Assembly: GCA_963737655.1 (NCBI GenBank)
Contig: CAVTTN010000002.1
Coordinates: forward strand, 1,216,001 to 1,280,000
Length of the DNA: 64,000 nt
DNA from: an uncultured Planctomycetota bacterium
GTDB taxonomy: Bacteria > Planctomycetota > Planctomycetia > Isosphaerales > Isosphaeraceae
Reading direction: 5' to 3'
How positions within the stretch are numbered: position 1 is the first letter of the stretch; each line of letters begins with the position of its first letter. A program made the position numbers and the translations under genes. Positions 31,365-46,300 of the stretch are shown piece by piece. Under the pieces are notes generated by a model. It was given only the letters and a program-made list of their open reading frames with translations. It ran no database searches and was not told the origin of the DNA.

Positions 31365-34300
31365 ATGTCTTCCAAGAGCCGGGATCGCTTCTGGGAACTC
31401 GCCCGACGGGGCCGCTCCTCCCGTCGCCAGAATACGAAGAAAATCGACCGCGCCGCCCAGATCGAGCGGCTGGCGGAATTGGAGCCGCGCCTCCTGCTCT
31501 CGAATTTTAGCGTGACGAACAACGCCGATACCGGCCCGGGGTCGCTCCGCAATGCGATCACCTCGGCGAATGCAACGCCCGGCAGCTCGATCGGGTTCAG
31601 CCTGCCGTCGGGCCAGCTGACGATCACCCCGGCCACGGCCCTGCCGGCGATCGCCGCCAGCACGATCATCGACGCCACGAGCCAGAGCGGCTACGGCTCC
31701 AGCCCGCTCGTGACGCTCGACGGCGCCTCGCTCGGCTCGACCGGGATCGGCCTCCAGCTCTCCGCCGCGAACACGACGGTCAAGGGCCTGGCGATCGTCG
31801 ACTTCGGCAACATCGGCCTCCAGATCTCGGCCTCCGGGACCACGAACGACGTGATCCAGGGGGACTACTTCGGGCTGAAGACCGACGCCACGACGGCCGC
31901 GCCGAACAAGTACGGCCTCACCATCAACGGCTCGGGCAACACCATCGGCGGCGGCGGCACGGCGCAGATGGATATCATCTCGGGCAACACGAACAACGGG
32001 ATCGCGATCGTCGGCGGGTCGAGCAACGTCTTCATCGGCGACCTCATCGGCCTGAACGCGGCCCAGTCGGCGGCCCGGCCCAACTCCATCGGCGTGTACA
32101 TCAACGGCGGGAACGGCAACGTCTTCTCCGGCAACGTGATCTCGGGAAACACCGGCTACGGCGTGGACATCGTCAGCGGGACGGGCGAGACCTTCACGCA
32201 CAACTGGATCGGCCTGGTCGGCGGCAATGGCGCGATCATGCCGAACACCGGCGACGGGATCTTCGTCGCGACCTCGGGCAACGTCATCGGCGACACCAGC
32301 GGCAACGGCGGCAACATCATCGCCGGCAACGGCGGTTACGGGATCGACGGCTCCGGCGCCTCGGACAACCTGATCCAGCAGAACTTCGTCGGGACCGACC
32401 AGAACGGCGCCTCGGCCAAGGGGAACGCCCTGGGCGGGATCTACCTCAGCGGCGGCACCGGCAACACGATCGGCGGGACGGTCGCGGCGACCCGGAACGT
32501 GATCTCGGGCAACACGGGCTTCGGCGTGGGCCTCTCCGGCACGTCGAACCTGGTCCTGGGGAACTACATCGGGACCACGCCGACGGGCGGCTCCGTCCGG
32601 GGCAACGCGGGCGTGGGAGTCTCGATCCTCGGCTCCGCCAACACGATCGGCGGGACGGTCCTCGGGGCCGGCAACGTGATCTCGGGCAACGGCGGGGCGG
32701 GCGTCTTCCTCGACACCTCGTCGGCCACCAGCAACCGCGTGGCCGGCAACTTCCTCGGCACGGACGCTTCGGGGACCGTCGCCCTGGGCAACGGCACATG
32801 GGGCGTGATCGACCGCAACGCGCAGGGCAACACCATCGGCGCGGCGGAGTCGCTGACCCAGGCGACCTCGCTCGGCGGCGGCCGGAACGTGATCGCCGGC
32901 AATGCTCAGGGGGGCATCGCGATCTATGGCGGCAACGCCACGAACGTGCTCGTCCGGGGCAACTACCTCGGCGTGGACGGCACCGGCAACGCCGCCCTGG
33001 GCAACGCCTACAGCGGCGTATTCGTCGGCGTGGGAACCGGCTTCAGCCCCAGCGTGGGCGGGACGGCCACCGGGGCCACGATCACCGGCAACCTCGTCTC
33101 GGGCAATCAGCAGCACGGGGTCTGGATCGACGGCGGCGACTCCACGACCCCCTCGGCCACGAATGCGTCGGTGACGGGCAATATCGTCGGCCTGAACGCC
33201 GGAGGCACGGCGAAGCTGCCCAACACGTTCGCAGGCGTCTTCGCGCAGGAGGCCACCGGCAACACGATCGGCGGGACGACCGCCGCGGCCTCGAACGTGA
33301 TCGCCGGCAACAGCACGTCGGGAATCTCGCTGGGCACCGGATCGACGGGCAACCTGGTCCTCGGCAACTCCATCGGCACGAACGCGACGGGTTCGACGAT
33401 CCTGGGCAACGCGGCCCAGGGCGTTTATGTGAACGCCGCGAACAACACGATCGGAGCGGCGAGCGGGACGACCCAGGTCATCGGCGGGAACGCCTACAAC
33501 GGGATCTTCCTCGACTCCGGCGCCACGTCGTCGGTCGTCCTGGGCAACTACATCGGCGAGGGGACGGGCGCGAGCGGGGCGGCGATCCCGAACTCCTACA
33601 ACGGGATCGCGGTGACCGGGGCCAGCGTGAGCCTGGGCGTGGCGGGCGCCGGCAACTTCATCGCGGGGAACGTGCAGACCGGGATCTATTTCACCGGCGC
33701 CTCGGCGACCGCCGGCCTCGTCGTCGGCAACACGATTGGCCTGAACGCCTCGGCGCGATCGTGCCCAACGTCCAGGCGGGCGTCTTGCTCGACAATGGCG
33801 CCTCGGGGATCACGGTCGGCGGGACGGCGGCGTTGGCCCGCAACATCATCTCGGGCAACGGGGGAGACGGGATTGATGTGACGGGGTCAACGAGTCAGTC
33901 GCTCATCCAGGGCAACTACATCGGGACCAACCCGGCCGGTACCGCTCCGGTTCCCAACGCCTTCCAGGGGATCTACGTCACCGGCAATGCCGCCAACAAC
34001 ACCATTGGCGGATTGGCGGCATTGACGCTCTCGGCGGCTGCGGCGGGCGCGAGGAACGTGATCTCGGGCAACACCCAGTCGGGCGTCTTCATCTATCAAG
34101 CGGGCCCAGGAAATCTCGTCGAGGGGAACTATATCGGTACGGACGCAACCGGCGCGAATGCGGTGCCAAACCTTTACTACGGCGTCCAGGACGATTCTCC
34201 CTCGAACACGATCGGCGGACTCGTCGCGGGATCGGCGAACCTTATCTCGGGCAACCTCTACTACGGAATTAACCTCTACGGCTCGGGGGCGTCGCAGATC

Positions 34301-37300
34301 CTTGTGGTTGGCAACTTCGTCGGCACGAATCCGGCTGGCACGTCAGCTGTCGCCAACGGCGCCGAAGGCGTGCTCCTCTGGGGCAGCGGGGGACAGAACA
34401 CGGTCGGCGGGACGAGCGCAGCGGCGCGAAACGTGATTTCTGGCAATGTCGGCGGGGGCGTCTTGTTCTATCAGGCAGCTTCCGGAAATATCGTCTTGGG
34501 TAACTATATCGGCACTGATTTGACGGGGTCGTTCGCTGTCACGAACCTCGGTCAAGGGGTAAACATCACGTCCAGCCCCGGGGAAACCATCGGCGGGACC
34601 GTCTCCGGCGCCGGCAACTTGATCGCGGGCAACCTGCAGGAGGGTGTCCTCCTGAGCGGCTCAGCGACCGCAAGCAATGACGTCGTGGGCAATACGATCG
34701 GCTTGAACTCTTCGGGCGCCTCGCTGGGCAACTCCACGGGCGTTTACCTCGCCAACTCGGCCAGCGGCAACACGATCGGCGGCCTGACCACCTCGGCTCG
34801 GAACATCATCTCGGGCAACACCGGCTCCGGCGTGTGGATCGACGGCGCCTCCTCCAACCTGCTCGTCGGCAACCTGATCGGGACCGACCCGACCGCCTCG
34901 GCCGCCCGGCCCAACGGCCTAGGTATCTACCTCAGTGGGACGTCCGCCAACAACACGATCGGCGGGACCGTCGGCGGAGCCGGCAACGAGATCGCCTTCA
35001 ACACCGGCGCCGGCGTGCAGACCAGCGGCTCGGGGGTCACCGGCACGGCGATCCTGGAGAACTCGATCCTCGCCAACGGCGGGCTGGGGATCGACCTCGG
35101 CGGCGATGGCGTGACGGCGGCCGGCACGCCGCTCGTCACCCTCTCGGGCCTGGCCTCCGGCCTGGCCAGCAACGGGACGATCTCCGGGGCGATCTCCGCG
35201 ACGCCCAGCACGACGTACCGGATCGAGCTCTATGCCAATCAGGCCGCCGACCCCTCCGGCTACGGGGAGGGGCTCACGTTCATCAACGCGGTGAACGTCA
35301 CCACCAACGCCTCGGGCTCCGCCACCTTCAGTGTGACCACGGCCGCCGGCGCCTACGTCGGCCAGTACATCACCGGCACCGCCACGCCGGTCAGCGCCGG
35401 GACCCTTGGCGCGACGAGCGAGTACGGCCTGGACCGCGTGTTTTCGGACCTGGTGACGAACACCAGCAACACCGGCGCAGGGTCGCTCCGCCAGGCGATC
35501 ACCGACGCCAACGCCTCCTCGATCACGCCGTTCCCGATCGGCTTCTTCATCGCCTCTTCGGGCGTCCAGACGATCTCCCCCGCGACGGCCTTGCCGACGA
35601 TCTCCCACACCGTCCTGATCGACGGCTACACCGAGCCGGGCTCGAGCGTCAACTCGTCCTCGACCACCGATAACGCGGTGCTGACCATGTCGCTCGACGG
35701 CCTCGGGACCGTCCAGAGCGACGGCCTCCTGTTCACGTCGTCGAACAACACGGTCCGGGGTCTGGCGATCTCCGGGTTCACCTTCACGTCGGGCAGCAAC
35801 CAGTTCGGCCAGGTGCATTTCTCGAGCGGGACGAACAACCTCGTCACCGGCAACTTCCTCGGCATCCGGCCCGACGGCACCGTCGCCAGCGGAGGGGAGG
35901 CCAACGGCGTCCTGACGAGCAACCTCTCGACGGGCAACACGATCGGCGGGACCTCGGCCGCCTCAAGGAACGTGATCTCGGGGAACACGACCAATCACGG
36001 CTACACCACCTTCGGCCTCTTCCTTTATTCGAACAACAACCTGATCGAGGGGGATCTCGTCGGCCTGAACGCCTCCGGGGCGGCCAAGGCGAACGACTAC
36101 GGGATCTACGTCCTCGGCACCGGCGAGACGATCGGCGGCTCGGCCTCGGGCGCGGGCAACGTGATCTCGGGCAACACCTACACCGGCGTGGACGTGAACG
36201 CGGCCAATGCCCTGGTGATCGGCAACAGCATCGGGACCAACGTGACCGGCACGGCCGCCGCGGCCAACGGCGCCGCGGGGGTCGAGCTCGACTCGACGGG
36301 GGCGACCGTCGGCGGGTCGGGGGCGTTGGGGAACCTGATCGCGGGCAACTCGCAGTATGGGGTCCACATCACGCAGTCTTCGGCGTCGAACAACTTCGTC
36401 CTGGGCGACCTGATCGGCCTGAACGCCTCGGGGACGGCGATCCCCAATAGCGCCTCGGGGGTGCAGGTCGATATCTCGACGGGCAACCAGATCGGGGCGA
36501 TCGGCGCGGGCAACACGATCGCCGGCAACGGGGCGTTCGGGATCGAGGTCGTCACCTCCGGCACCCCGGCGAACACGATCCGAGGCAACCTGATCGGCAC
36601 CTTCGGCACCGGGGCCACGGCCGTGCCGAACACCCTGGGCGGCGTGTTCCTGACCGGCCCGGTCGTCCTGGGAGGGACGGCCTCGGGCGCCGGCAACGTG
36701 ATCTCGGGCAACAACGGCCCGGGGGCCTCGATCCTCGGGTCGGGCACCTCGGCCCAGGGCAACTTCGTCGGCACGAACGTCGCGGGGACCGCCGCCCTGC
36801 CGAACCAGGGCTGGGGGATCGCCGTCACGGACGCCGCCAACGTGACGATCGGGCCGGGCAACGTGGTCTCGGGCAACTCGCTGGGCGGCGTGGCGATCTC
36901 CGGCACCCTCTCGACGAACGACCTGGTCATCGGCAGCTTCATCGGGACCGACGTGACCGGCTCGACGGCCCTGGGCTCGCAGGGGTTCGGCGTGTTCGTG
37001 GGCGAGCCGAACCGGGTGACCGGCCTCGGCGGCGGGTCCTTCGGCACCGCCACCTTCGCCACCATCGGCGGCTCGGCCGCCGGCTCGGGCAACGTGATCT
37101 CGGGCAACTCGAACACGAACGTGGACATCGCCGCCTCGGCCGCCTCGACCAGCGCCCTGGTCGAGGGCGACATCATCGGCGAGAACGCCGGGGCGACGGC
37201 CGCCGTGGCGGGGTCGAACTTCGGCGTTTACGTCTTCGACTCCCTCTCCAACACGATCGGCGGGACCGTCTCCGGGGCCGGCAATACCATCGGCGGCCAC

Positions 37301-40300
37301 GCCTACTACGGGATCACCCTGGACACCCTGTCCTCCGGCAACCTCGTCGCCGGCAATATCGTCGGCCTGAACGGCGCGGGCACGGCGGCCGTGGCGAACG
37401 TCTACGGCGTGTACGTGAACGCCGCGAGCAACACGATCGGCGTGCCCGGCGCGCTGGGCGGCAACACGATCTCGGGCAACTCGCAGGTGGGCGTGTTCCT
37501 CCAGACCTCGGCCACGGGCACCCTGATCCAGAACGACCTGATCGGGACCAACGCCTCGGGGTCGTCGGTCCTGGGCAACGGCGTCAGCGGGATCCAGGTC
37601 AACGCCGCGAGCGCGACCATCGGCGGGAGCACCGCGGCGGGCGCGGGCAACGTGATCTCGGCCAACGGCGGCCCCGGCATCCTCCTGAACCAGGGCGGCT
37701 CGGCCCTGATCGCCGGCAACCTCGTGGGGACGTCGCCCAACGGCCTCGCGAAGCTGGGCAACGGCGGGATGAGCTACGCCAACATCAGCATCACCACGCC
37801 GAACAATACCGTCGGCGGCACCAACCCGATCTATCGCAACGTGATCTCCGGCAGCGGGATCCCGGGGGTCACGGCCGGGTTGCCCGGGATCTCCCTCACC
37901 GGCTCGGCCGCCGAGGGGAACCTGATCGTCGGCAACTACATCGGCACCGACGCCACCGGGGCCGCCGCGCTGGGGAACGCCGGCAGCGGGATCCGGATCG
38001 ACACGGCCCTGGACACCACCATCGGCGGGAACGCCGCCGCCGGCGCCGGCAACGTGATCTCGGGCGGCCTCACCAACGGCATCAACGTGCAACCGAGTGC
38101 CACGCCCGTGCTCCTCGGCACCCTGGCGTATCTCCAGGCCGACGGGACGGCCGCCGACGCCACCGGCTCCTATTCGCCGACCGCCCCCAACGGCGTGGGC
38201 TACTCGTCGGGCGTCTCCGGCGGCCAGGCGTTCAACTTCAACGGCTCGAACCAGTACGTGAGCCTGGGGACCTCGACGGCCCTGGCCCCGGCGGCCATCT
38301 CCGTGAGCCTGTGGGTCAACCCCCGGAGCATCAACGGCGTCTACACCGACCCGATCGGCCGGTGGGGGCAATCGAACTCCGCCCAGAACTCCTGGCTGTT
38401 CGACATCGCCCCCAACGGCCAGGTCTATTTCAGCGTGACCAACGCCTCGGGCACCCAGAAGGACGCCGGCTCGGTCTCAACCGTCCCGCTGAACGCCTGG
38501 ACCTTGATCACCGGGACGTACGACGGCACCAACGTCAGGATCTACATCAACGGCGTCCTCGAAGGGTCGATCGCCCAGACCGGGGCAATCCAGGCCAACG
38601 CCTCCAGCACCACATCCGTCGGCGCGAAGTTCGCCGACGGGACGCCGAACTACCCGTTCAACGGCCTGGTCGACGACGTGGCGATCGCCTCCCGGGCGTT
38701 CTCGGCCGCCGAGATCCAGGGGATCTACAACGCCAAGGCCACGGCGCTGGGCGGGACGACGATCCAGGGCAATTTCATCGGCACCAACGCGGCGGGCACG
38801 GCGGCGTTGCCGAACGCCTCGCAGGGCGTGCTGATCTCCGGAGCGGGGACGACCATCGGCGGGGCCTCCGCCGGCCTCGGCAACGTGATCTCGGGCAACA
38901 CCCAGAGCGGGATCGACGTCGAGAACGCCTCCGTCGTGGTCCTCGGCAACGACATCGGGACGGACGCCGCCGGGTCCGCCGCGTTGCCCAACGGCTACGA
39001 GGGGTTCTTCACCCGGTCCCCGTTCCCCTCCACGCTCGGCGGCACGGCTGCCGGGTCGAGGAACGTGATCGTCGGCGGCGGCAACCCGGGCGTCTGGCTG
39101 GAGACGCCCACCTCGGGCAACCTCGTCCAGGGCAACTACATCGGCACCGACCGGACCGGCTCGCTGTCCCTGGGGGGCGGCGAGGGGATCTACGTCCACT
39201 CGCCCTCCAACACGATCGGCGGGGCCGCCGCAGGCGCGGGGAACCTCGTCGGCGGGAACGCCGGGTACAACATCCACGTCGCAACCTCCCTGGCGGCGGG
39301 GAACCTGATCCTCGGAAACACCGTCGGCATGAACGCCGCCGGGACCGGGACGCTCGCCAGCCTCGACGGCATCGTCCTGGACGGAGCTCCGAACAACACC
39401 GTCGGCGGGACGGCCACCGGCGCGGGCAACCGGGTCGTGGTGACCACCGCCGGTCAGACGGGCGTGTCGATCCTCAACGCCGGGGCCACCGGGAACCTCC
39501 TGCTGGGCAACACCATCGGCCTGAACGCGGCCGGCACCGCCGCCCTGGGCGCGGGCAACGGGGTGTACGTGGCGACGGACCACAACACCATCGGCGGGAC
39601 GGCCTCAGGTGCCAGGAACATCATCGACGGCTCGTCCAACTATGCTTCGATCTGGCTGGACACGACCGGGGCGTATTCCAACCTGATCCAGGGGAACTAC
39701 CTCGGCATCACGCCCTCGGGGTTCTCCGCGGGCGGGGGCAGCGCCTTCGGGGTCCTGATCGGCTACGGGTCGAGCAACACCGTCGGCGGGACGACCTCCG
39801 GGGCCGGCAACGTGATCTCCGGCAGCAGCCGCTACGGCGTCTACCTCGGCGGCAACTCGGGCAATGCCGTGGCCTCGGCGAACCTCGTGGCGGGCAACGA
39901 CATCGGGACCACGCGAGACGGCCTGTCCCCCCTGGGCAACGCCGTCGGCGTCGACATCGACGGCGGGGCCACCGGCAACACCATCGGCGGCCCGGGCGCG
40001 GCGTTCCGCAACATCATCTCCGGCAACACCCAGCAGGGCGTCTACATCGGTTCCACCTCGACCGGGGGCAACCTCGTCGCGGGGAACTTCATCGGGACCG
40101 ACTCCACCGGCCTCAACGCCCTGACCAACGGCGCGGAGGGCGTGCGGCTCTACACGGCGGGCACCGGCAACACGATCGGGGGGGACTCGACGCTCGGCCT
40201 CGGCAACCTCATCTCCGGCAACGCCGACGCCGGCGGGAAGGGCAACGGGTCGGCGGGTCTCGCGGTGATCGGCGGGGGCGGGACGCCCGGCACGGGCACC

Positions 40301-43300
40301 CTGATCGTGGGCAACCTGATCGGCACCGATGTCAACGGCGCCAACCCCATCTTCAACGGGCGCGAGGGGGTCTACATCGGCGGCTCGGACGTGACCGTCG
40401 GCGGCACGACGGCCGGGCTTCGCAACGTGATCTCGGGCAACGGGCTCGTCGGCATCCAGATCGGGAACTACTTCGGCTTCACCACGGCCCGCAACCTCGT
40501 GATCGGCGACTACATCGGGACCAACGCCCTCGGGACCTCCGCGATCGCCAACGCCAACGAGGGAGTGCTCATCGCCGGCGGCGCGACGGCCAACACGATC
40601 GGCGGGGACGGGGCCGCCTTCCGCAACGTCATCTCGGGCAACAACTACGACGGCATCCACCTGTCGGGGGGGACGCTCACCGCTTCCAACGTGATCGCCG
40701 GCAACTACGTGGGCGTGGGTTCGGACGGCAGGTCGCTCTCACCGGCGGCGGTCGCGTTCTACCGGGCCGACGGGACGGCCGTGGACGCGGTCAACGGCCT
40801 GAACGGCGTCCTCTCGGGCGGGGCGACCTACGCGGCAGGAGAGGTCGGCCAGGCGTTCAGCTTCGACGGCGGGTCGGGGATCGTGAGCCTCCCCGGCACC
40901 ACGACCGGGCCGCTGGACATCACCGGGACGGCGATCACGATCGAGGCCTGGGTCTACCAGACCGACCCGACCCAGGCCAACAACGGCGGGGCCCAGCAGA
41001 CGATCCTCGACAAGTTCTACGACACGGGCTTCACCGGCTACGGCCTAGTCACCCTCAACGGCGAGCTGGCCCTCCAGATCGCGACGGCAAGCAACACGTC
41101 CTACACCCTGACCGCCCCCTCGGCCCTGCCGCTCAACACCTGGGTCCACGTCGCCGGGACCTACGACGGCGGGACGGCCCGGCTGTTCGTCAACGGCGTG
41201 CAGGTGGCCTCGGGGAGCCAGAGCGGCGCGATCCTCCACAACGCCCTGCCCGCCGCGATCGGCAACGACAACGCCGGCTCCGGCCTCTACGGCTTCAAGG
41301 GCCGGATCGACGAGCTGGCGGTCTACAGCCGCGTCCTGGACCCCCAGGAACTCGCCGAGATCGTCGGGTTCGGATCGACCGGCAAGGCCAACGAGCTGGG
41401 CAACAAGTTCCAGGGGATCGAGATCGACCAGTCCCCCTACAACACGATCGGCGGGACGGCCGCCGGCGCGGGGAACGTCCTCTCCGGCAACCACAACTGG
41501 GGCGTGTGGATCCACTCCGACGGCTCGACCACCATCGGCGGGAACGTCGTGCAGGGGAACCTGATCGGCACCGACCCCACCGGGAACCTGGCGGTCCCCA
41601 ACCAGTACGGCGGCGTGATCGTCTCCGACGCCGTGAACTCCGGCACGATCGGCGGGACGGCCGCCGGCGCCGGGAACGTGATCTCGGGCAACGGCTCGGG
41701 CATCTACGTCGGCGCGCAGGTCTCCTCGACCGACTCCTCCAACATCCTGATCCAGGGCAACCTGATCGGCCTGAACGCCGCCGGGACGGCGCAACTGGCC
41801 AACGGTGCCTATGGCGTGCACATCTTCGGGCCGGGCAACACGGTCGGAGGGACCACGCCTTCGGCCCGGAACGTGATCTCGGGCAATCGCTCCCAGAACG
41901 TCTTCCTCGACAACACGGCCGCCACGGGCAACCTGATCGAGGGGAATTACATCGGCACCCTCGCCAGCGGCAACGCCTCGGCCGGCGGGGGGTGGAGCGG
42001 GATCGTCATCCAGTACGGCGCATCCAACAACACCGTGGGCGGCCTCACCTCCACCCCCGGCACCGGCGCGGGGAACATGATCTCGGGCAATGGGGGGGAC
42101 GGCGTCTCGCTCTACGGGAGCAACGGCGACCTCGTCGGCAACGTGGTCCTCGGCAACCTGATCGGCACCAACGCCGCGGGGACGGCGGCGGTGCCCAACT
42201 TCTATCAGGGGATCTACGACTCCGGCACCCTGAACACCACCCTCGGCGGCACGGCGGCCGGCTCCCGGAACGTCATCTCGGGCAACTCCCAGTGGGGCGT
42301 CTACCTCGACAACTCGGCGACCGGCACGGTGCTCGAAGGCAACTTCATCGGCACCGACATCACGGGCCTCCTGGCGGTGTCGAATAGCCGGGTCAATGGC
42401 CAGTTCGCCGGCGGCGTGGTCGTCATCAACGGCTCGCACAACAACACCATCGGCGGCAGCACGGCCGTCGGCGCGGGGAACGTGATCTCGGGGAACAACC
42501 TGATCGCGAACGCCGCGACCGGCATCGAGATCTATGGCTCGACCTCCACGCAGAACCTCATCGAGGGGAACATCGTCGGCCTGGGTGCCGACGGGATGAC
42601 CATCCTGGGGAACAGCTACACGGGGATCCGCCTCTATCAGGCCCCGAACAACACCATCGGCGGGACCGTGGCCGGCCTGGGCAACCTGGTGGCGGAGAAC
42701 GTCGGCGGGATCTTCGTCACGGACTCCTCGAACAGCGTCCTGATCGCCGGCAACATCGTCGGCCTCGCCGCCGACGGCTCGACCCCCCGGGGCAACGTCC
42801 AGTACGAGGGGATCGGCCTCCGCGACGTGACGGGCGACACCATCGGCGGGACCGTCGCGGCGGCCCGCAACGTGGTCTCCTCCAACGTCGGGTCGGGGAT
42901 CTACCTCTACAACCCGACCACCACCGGCAACCTGATCGTCGGCAACTACGTCGGGACCGACATCACCGGGACGCTCGCCCGGGGGAACGTCGGTCCGGGC
43001 GTCTTTCTGATCGCCCAGGCCAATGGCAACACCGTCGGAGGGACCTCGGCCGCGGCGAGGAACATCATCTCGGCCAACGCCACCGGGGTGTCGATCACCG
43101 GGACGGGGACCTCGAACAACGTCATCCAGGGCAATTACATCGGCCTGGACAAGAACGGGGCCGCCCTGGGCAACACCGTCAACGGCGTGATCATCACCTC
43201 CGGCGCCTCGGGCAACACCATCGGCGGGAGCACCGCCCTGGGCGCCGGCAACGTGATCTCGGCCAACGCGTCCCGAGGCGTCGAGATCGACTCCTCCGGC

Positions 43301-46300
43301 AACGTCGTCGTCGGCAACCTGATCGGCACCAACCCGGCCGGCACGGCGGCGATGTCCAACACCTTCCCCCTGTTCATCGCCGGGGCGAACAACCTGATCG
43401 GCGGCACCCAGGCGATCTACCGCAACGTGATCGACGAGGGATCGAGCACCATCGGCGTGTCGATCAATGGCGCCGGGGCGACCGGCAACACGATCTCGGG
43501 CAACTACATCGGCGTGGACGCCTCGGGCAACAACCGGATCTCGAACTTCCAGGCCGTGACGATCGCCGACGCCTCGAACAACGTGATCGGCGGCACGGTC
43601 GCCGGCGCCGGCAACGTGATCGCCGGGGGCAACGCCCTGATCGCCGTGTACCTGAGGAGCACGACCGGGACGAGCTCCGGCAACCTCGTGGCGGGGAACT
43701 CCGTGGGCCTCGGCGCCAACGGGACGACGGCCGCCCTGGGCACCGCGGGGATCTACCTCGACGGCGCCGGCACGACGAACAACACGATCGGCGGCACCGT
43801 CCTCGCCGCCCGGAACGTGATCGCCTCGGGCCCCAACGGCACGGACCTGACGATCCGCAACGGCGCGAGCAACAACCTCGTCGTCGGCAACTACGTGGGC
43901 GTCCTGGCCGACGGCGTGACCCCGGCGGGCAACTCGATCGGCGTGAGGCTTTATGGGGCCGCCTCGGGCAACACGATCGGCGGCACCTCGGCCTCGGCCC
44001 TCAACCTGATCTCGGGCAACGGCACGGGGGTGACGATCACCGGGGCGGGGACCTCGGGCAACGTCTTCCTCGGGGACATCATCGGGCTGGACGTCTCGGG
44101 CCTGAAGGCCGTGGCGAACACGGCCAACGGCGTGGTGATCGACGGCGGTGCCTCGGGCAACACGATCGGGGCGGTCGGGAGCGGCAACACCATCTCGGGC
44201 AACGCCGGGGACGGCGTCCACATCGACGCGGCGAGCTCCAACGTCGTGGCCGGGGACACCATCGGCCTGGACGCCAACGGCAAGGGCCTCGGCCCGGGCG
44301 CCGTGTCGTTCTTCCCCGCCGAGGGCAGCGCGTATGACGCCGTCAGCGGGGTGACCTCGGCGGTCGGCTCGGGCACCACGTTCGCCACCGGCGAGGTCGG
44401 CCAGGCGTTCCTGTTCAGCGGGACGAGCACGAGCGGGGTGACGATCTCCGGGTCGTTCGCCGGGCCGCTCAACGTGACCGGCTCGGCCCTCACCATCGGC
44501 GCCTGGGTCTACCAGACCGACCGGACCCAGGCGAACAACACCGCCAACAACCTCCAGCTCGTCCTGGACAAGCAGAACACCACGTCCGACGGCTACTCCC
44601 TGGCCCTCCGGAACGGGGTCCCGTACGTCTCGGTCGGCACCTCGCAGACGGTCCAGTACTCGCTCCTGGGCGGGTCGGCGATCCCCCTGAACACGTGGAC
44701 CTACCTGGCGGCGACCTACGACGGCTCGAAGCTCCGCCTGTTCGTCAACGGGGGCCAGGTCGGCTCCCTGGCGGTGACCGGGAACCTCAATTCCAGCGGC
44801 GTCAACGCGGCGATCGGCAACGCGCATAACTCGACGAACTACGGCTTCAAGGGGAAGATCGACGAGCTGGCCGTCTTCTCGCGGGCCCTGGCGGCCCCGG
44901 AGCTCTCGGCGATCGTCGCCCTCGGCTCGGCCGGGACCGGCAACCCGGTCTCCAACGGCGGCAACGGCGTGGTCGTCCAGAACGGGGCGACGGGCAACAC
45001 GATCGGCTCGGGCGACGCGATCTCGGGCAACGCCGGGGCGGGCGTCTTCCTCGGGGGCTCCCTGACCTCGGGCAACGTCGTCGCCGGGGACTTCCTCGGG
45101 ACCGACCCCTCCGGCCTGGCCGTCCGGGCCAACGCGACCTATGGCGTCCTGGTCTCCGACGCGCCGGGCAACACGATCGGGGGGGCCTCGGCGGCCCTCC
45201 GCAACGTGATCTCCGGCAACGACAAGGGCGGCGTGGCGATCGCCGGGGCCCACGCCGTCGGCGACGCCGTTGTCGGCAACTACGTCGGCCTCGGCACCAA
45301 CGGCTCGACCCCGCTCGGCAACGCCGGGGACGGCGTGTTCGTGGGCGACGGCTCCAAGGTCTCGCCGACCGTCTCGGGCGTGGCCTCGGGCATCCTCCTC
45401 GGCGGGACCGTCGCCGGCTCCGGCAACGTGATCTCGGCGAACTCCCGGTTCGGCATCGAGGTCAACGGCGGGAGCGTCTCGGCCGCCACCCTCGTCACGA
45501 TCGCCGGGAACGTCGTCGGCCTGACCTCCGACGGCATGGTCGCCGAGGGCAACACGCTCGGAGGGGTGGCGCTCCTGGAGGCCCAGGGCAACCTCGTCGG
45601 CGTCGTCGGCTCGGGCAACACGATCTCCGGCAACGGCGGGAGCGGCGTCGAGATCGACCTCGGCTCGACCGGCAACCAGGTCAACTCGAACCTGATCGGC
45701 CTGGACGGGTCCGGCCACAACCAGAGGCCCAACGTGGTCGGCGTGACCGTCTACGACGGCCCGAACTCGATCGGCCTGGCCGGGACGTCCTACAGCAACA
45801 CGATCGCCGGGAACGTCCAGAGCGGCATCTCCCTGCTCTCCGGCCCGGGCCTGTCGGTGGCGAACGACCTGATCGGGACGACCGGGGCGGGGGACCTCGG
45901 CCTCGGCAACGGCGGGGATGGCGTCTACGTCGCCACCTCCGGCGTCACGATCGGCGGCAGCACGACCCTCGACAGCATGAGCGCCGGCAACGTCATCTCG
46001 GACAATGCCGCCAACGGGATCGAGATCGACGTGGTCGGGGCGGCGGCGACCCTGGTCGAGGGGAACCTGATCGGCCTGGCCTCCGCCGGCAGCACGGGGC
46101 TGGGCAACAGCGCCAACGGCGTCCTGATCTACCGGGGGACCGGCGTGACGATCGGCGGCCTGACGCCCGACCTCCGCAACGTGATCTCCGGCAACGGCGC
46201 CCGGGGCATCCATGTCTACGACCCCTACGACGCCGACGCGAACGCCTTGATCGTCGGCAACTACATCGGGACCGACCGTTCCGGCGCCTCCGGGATCCTC

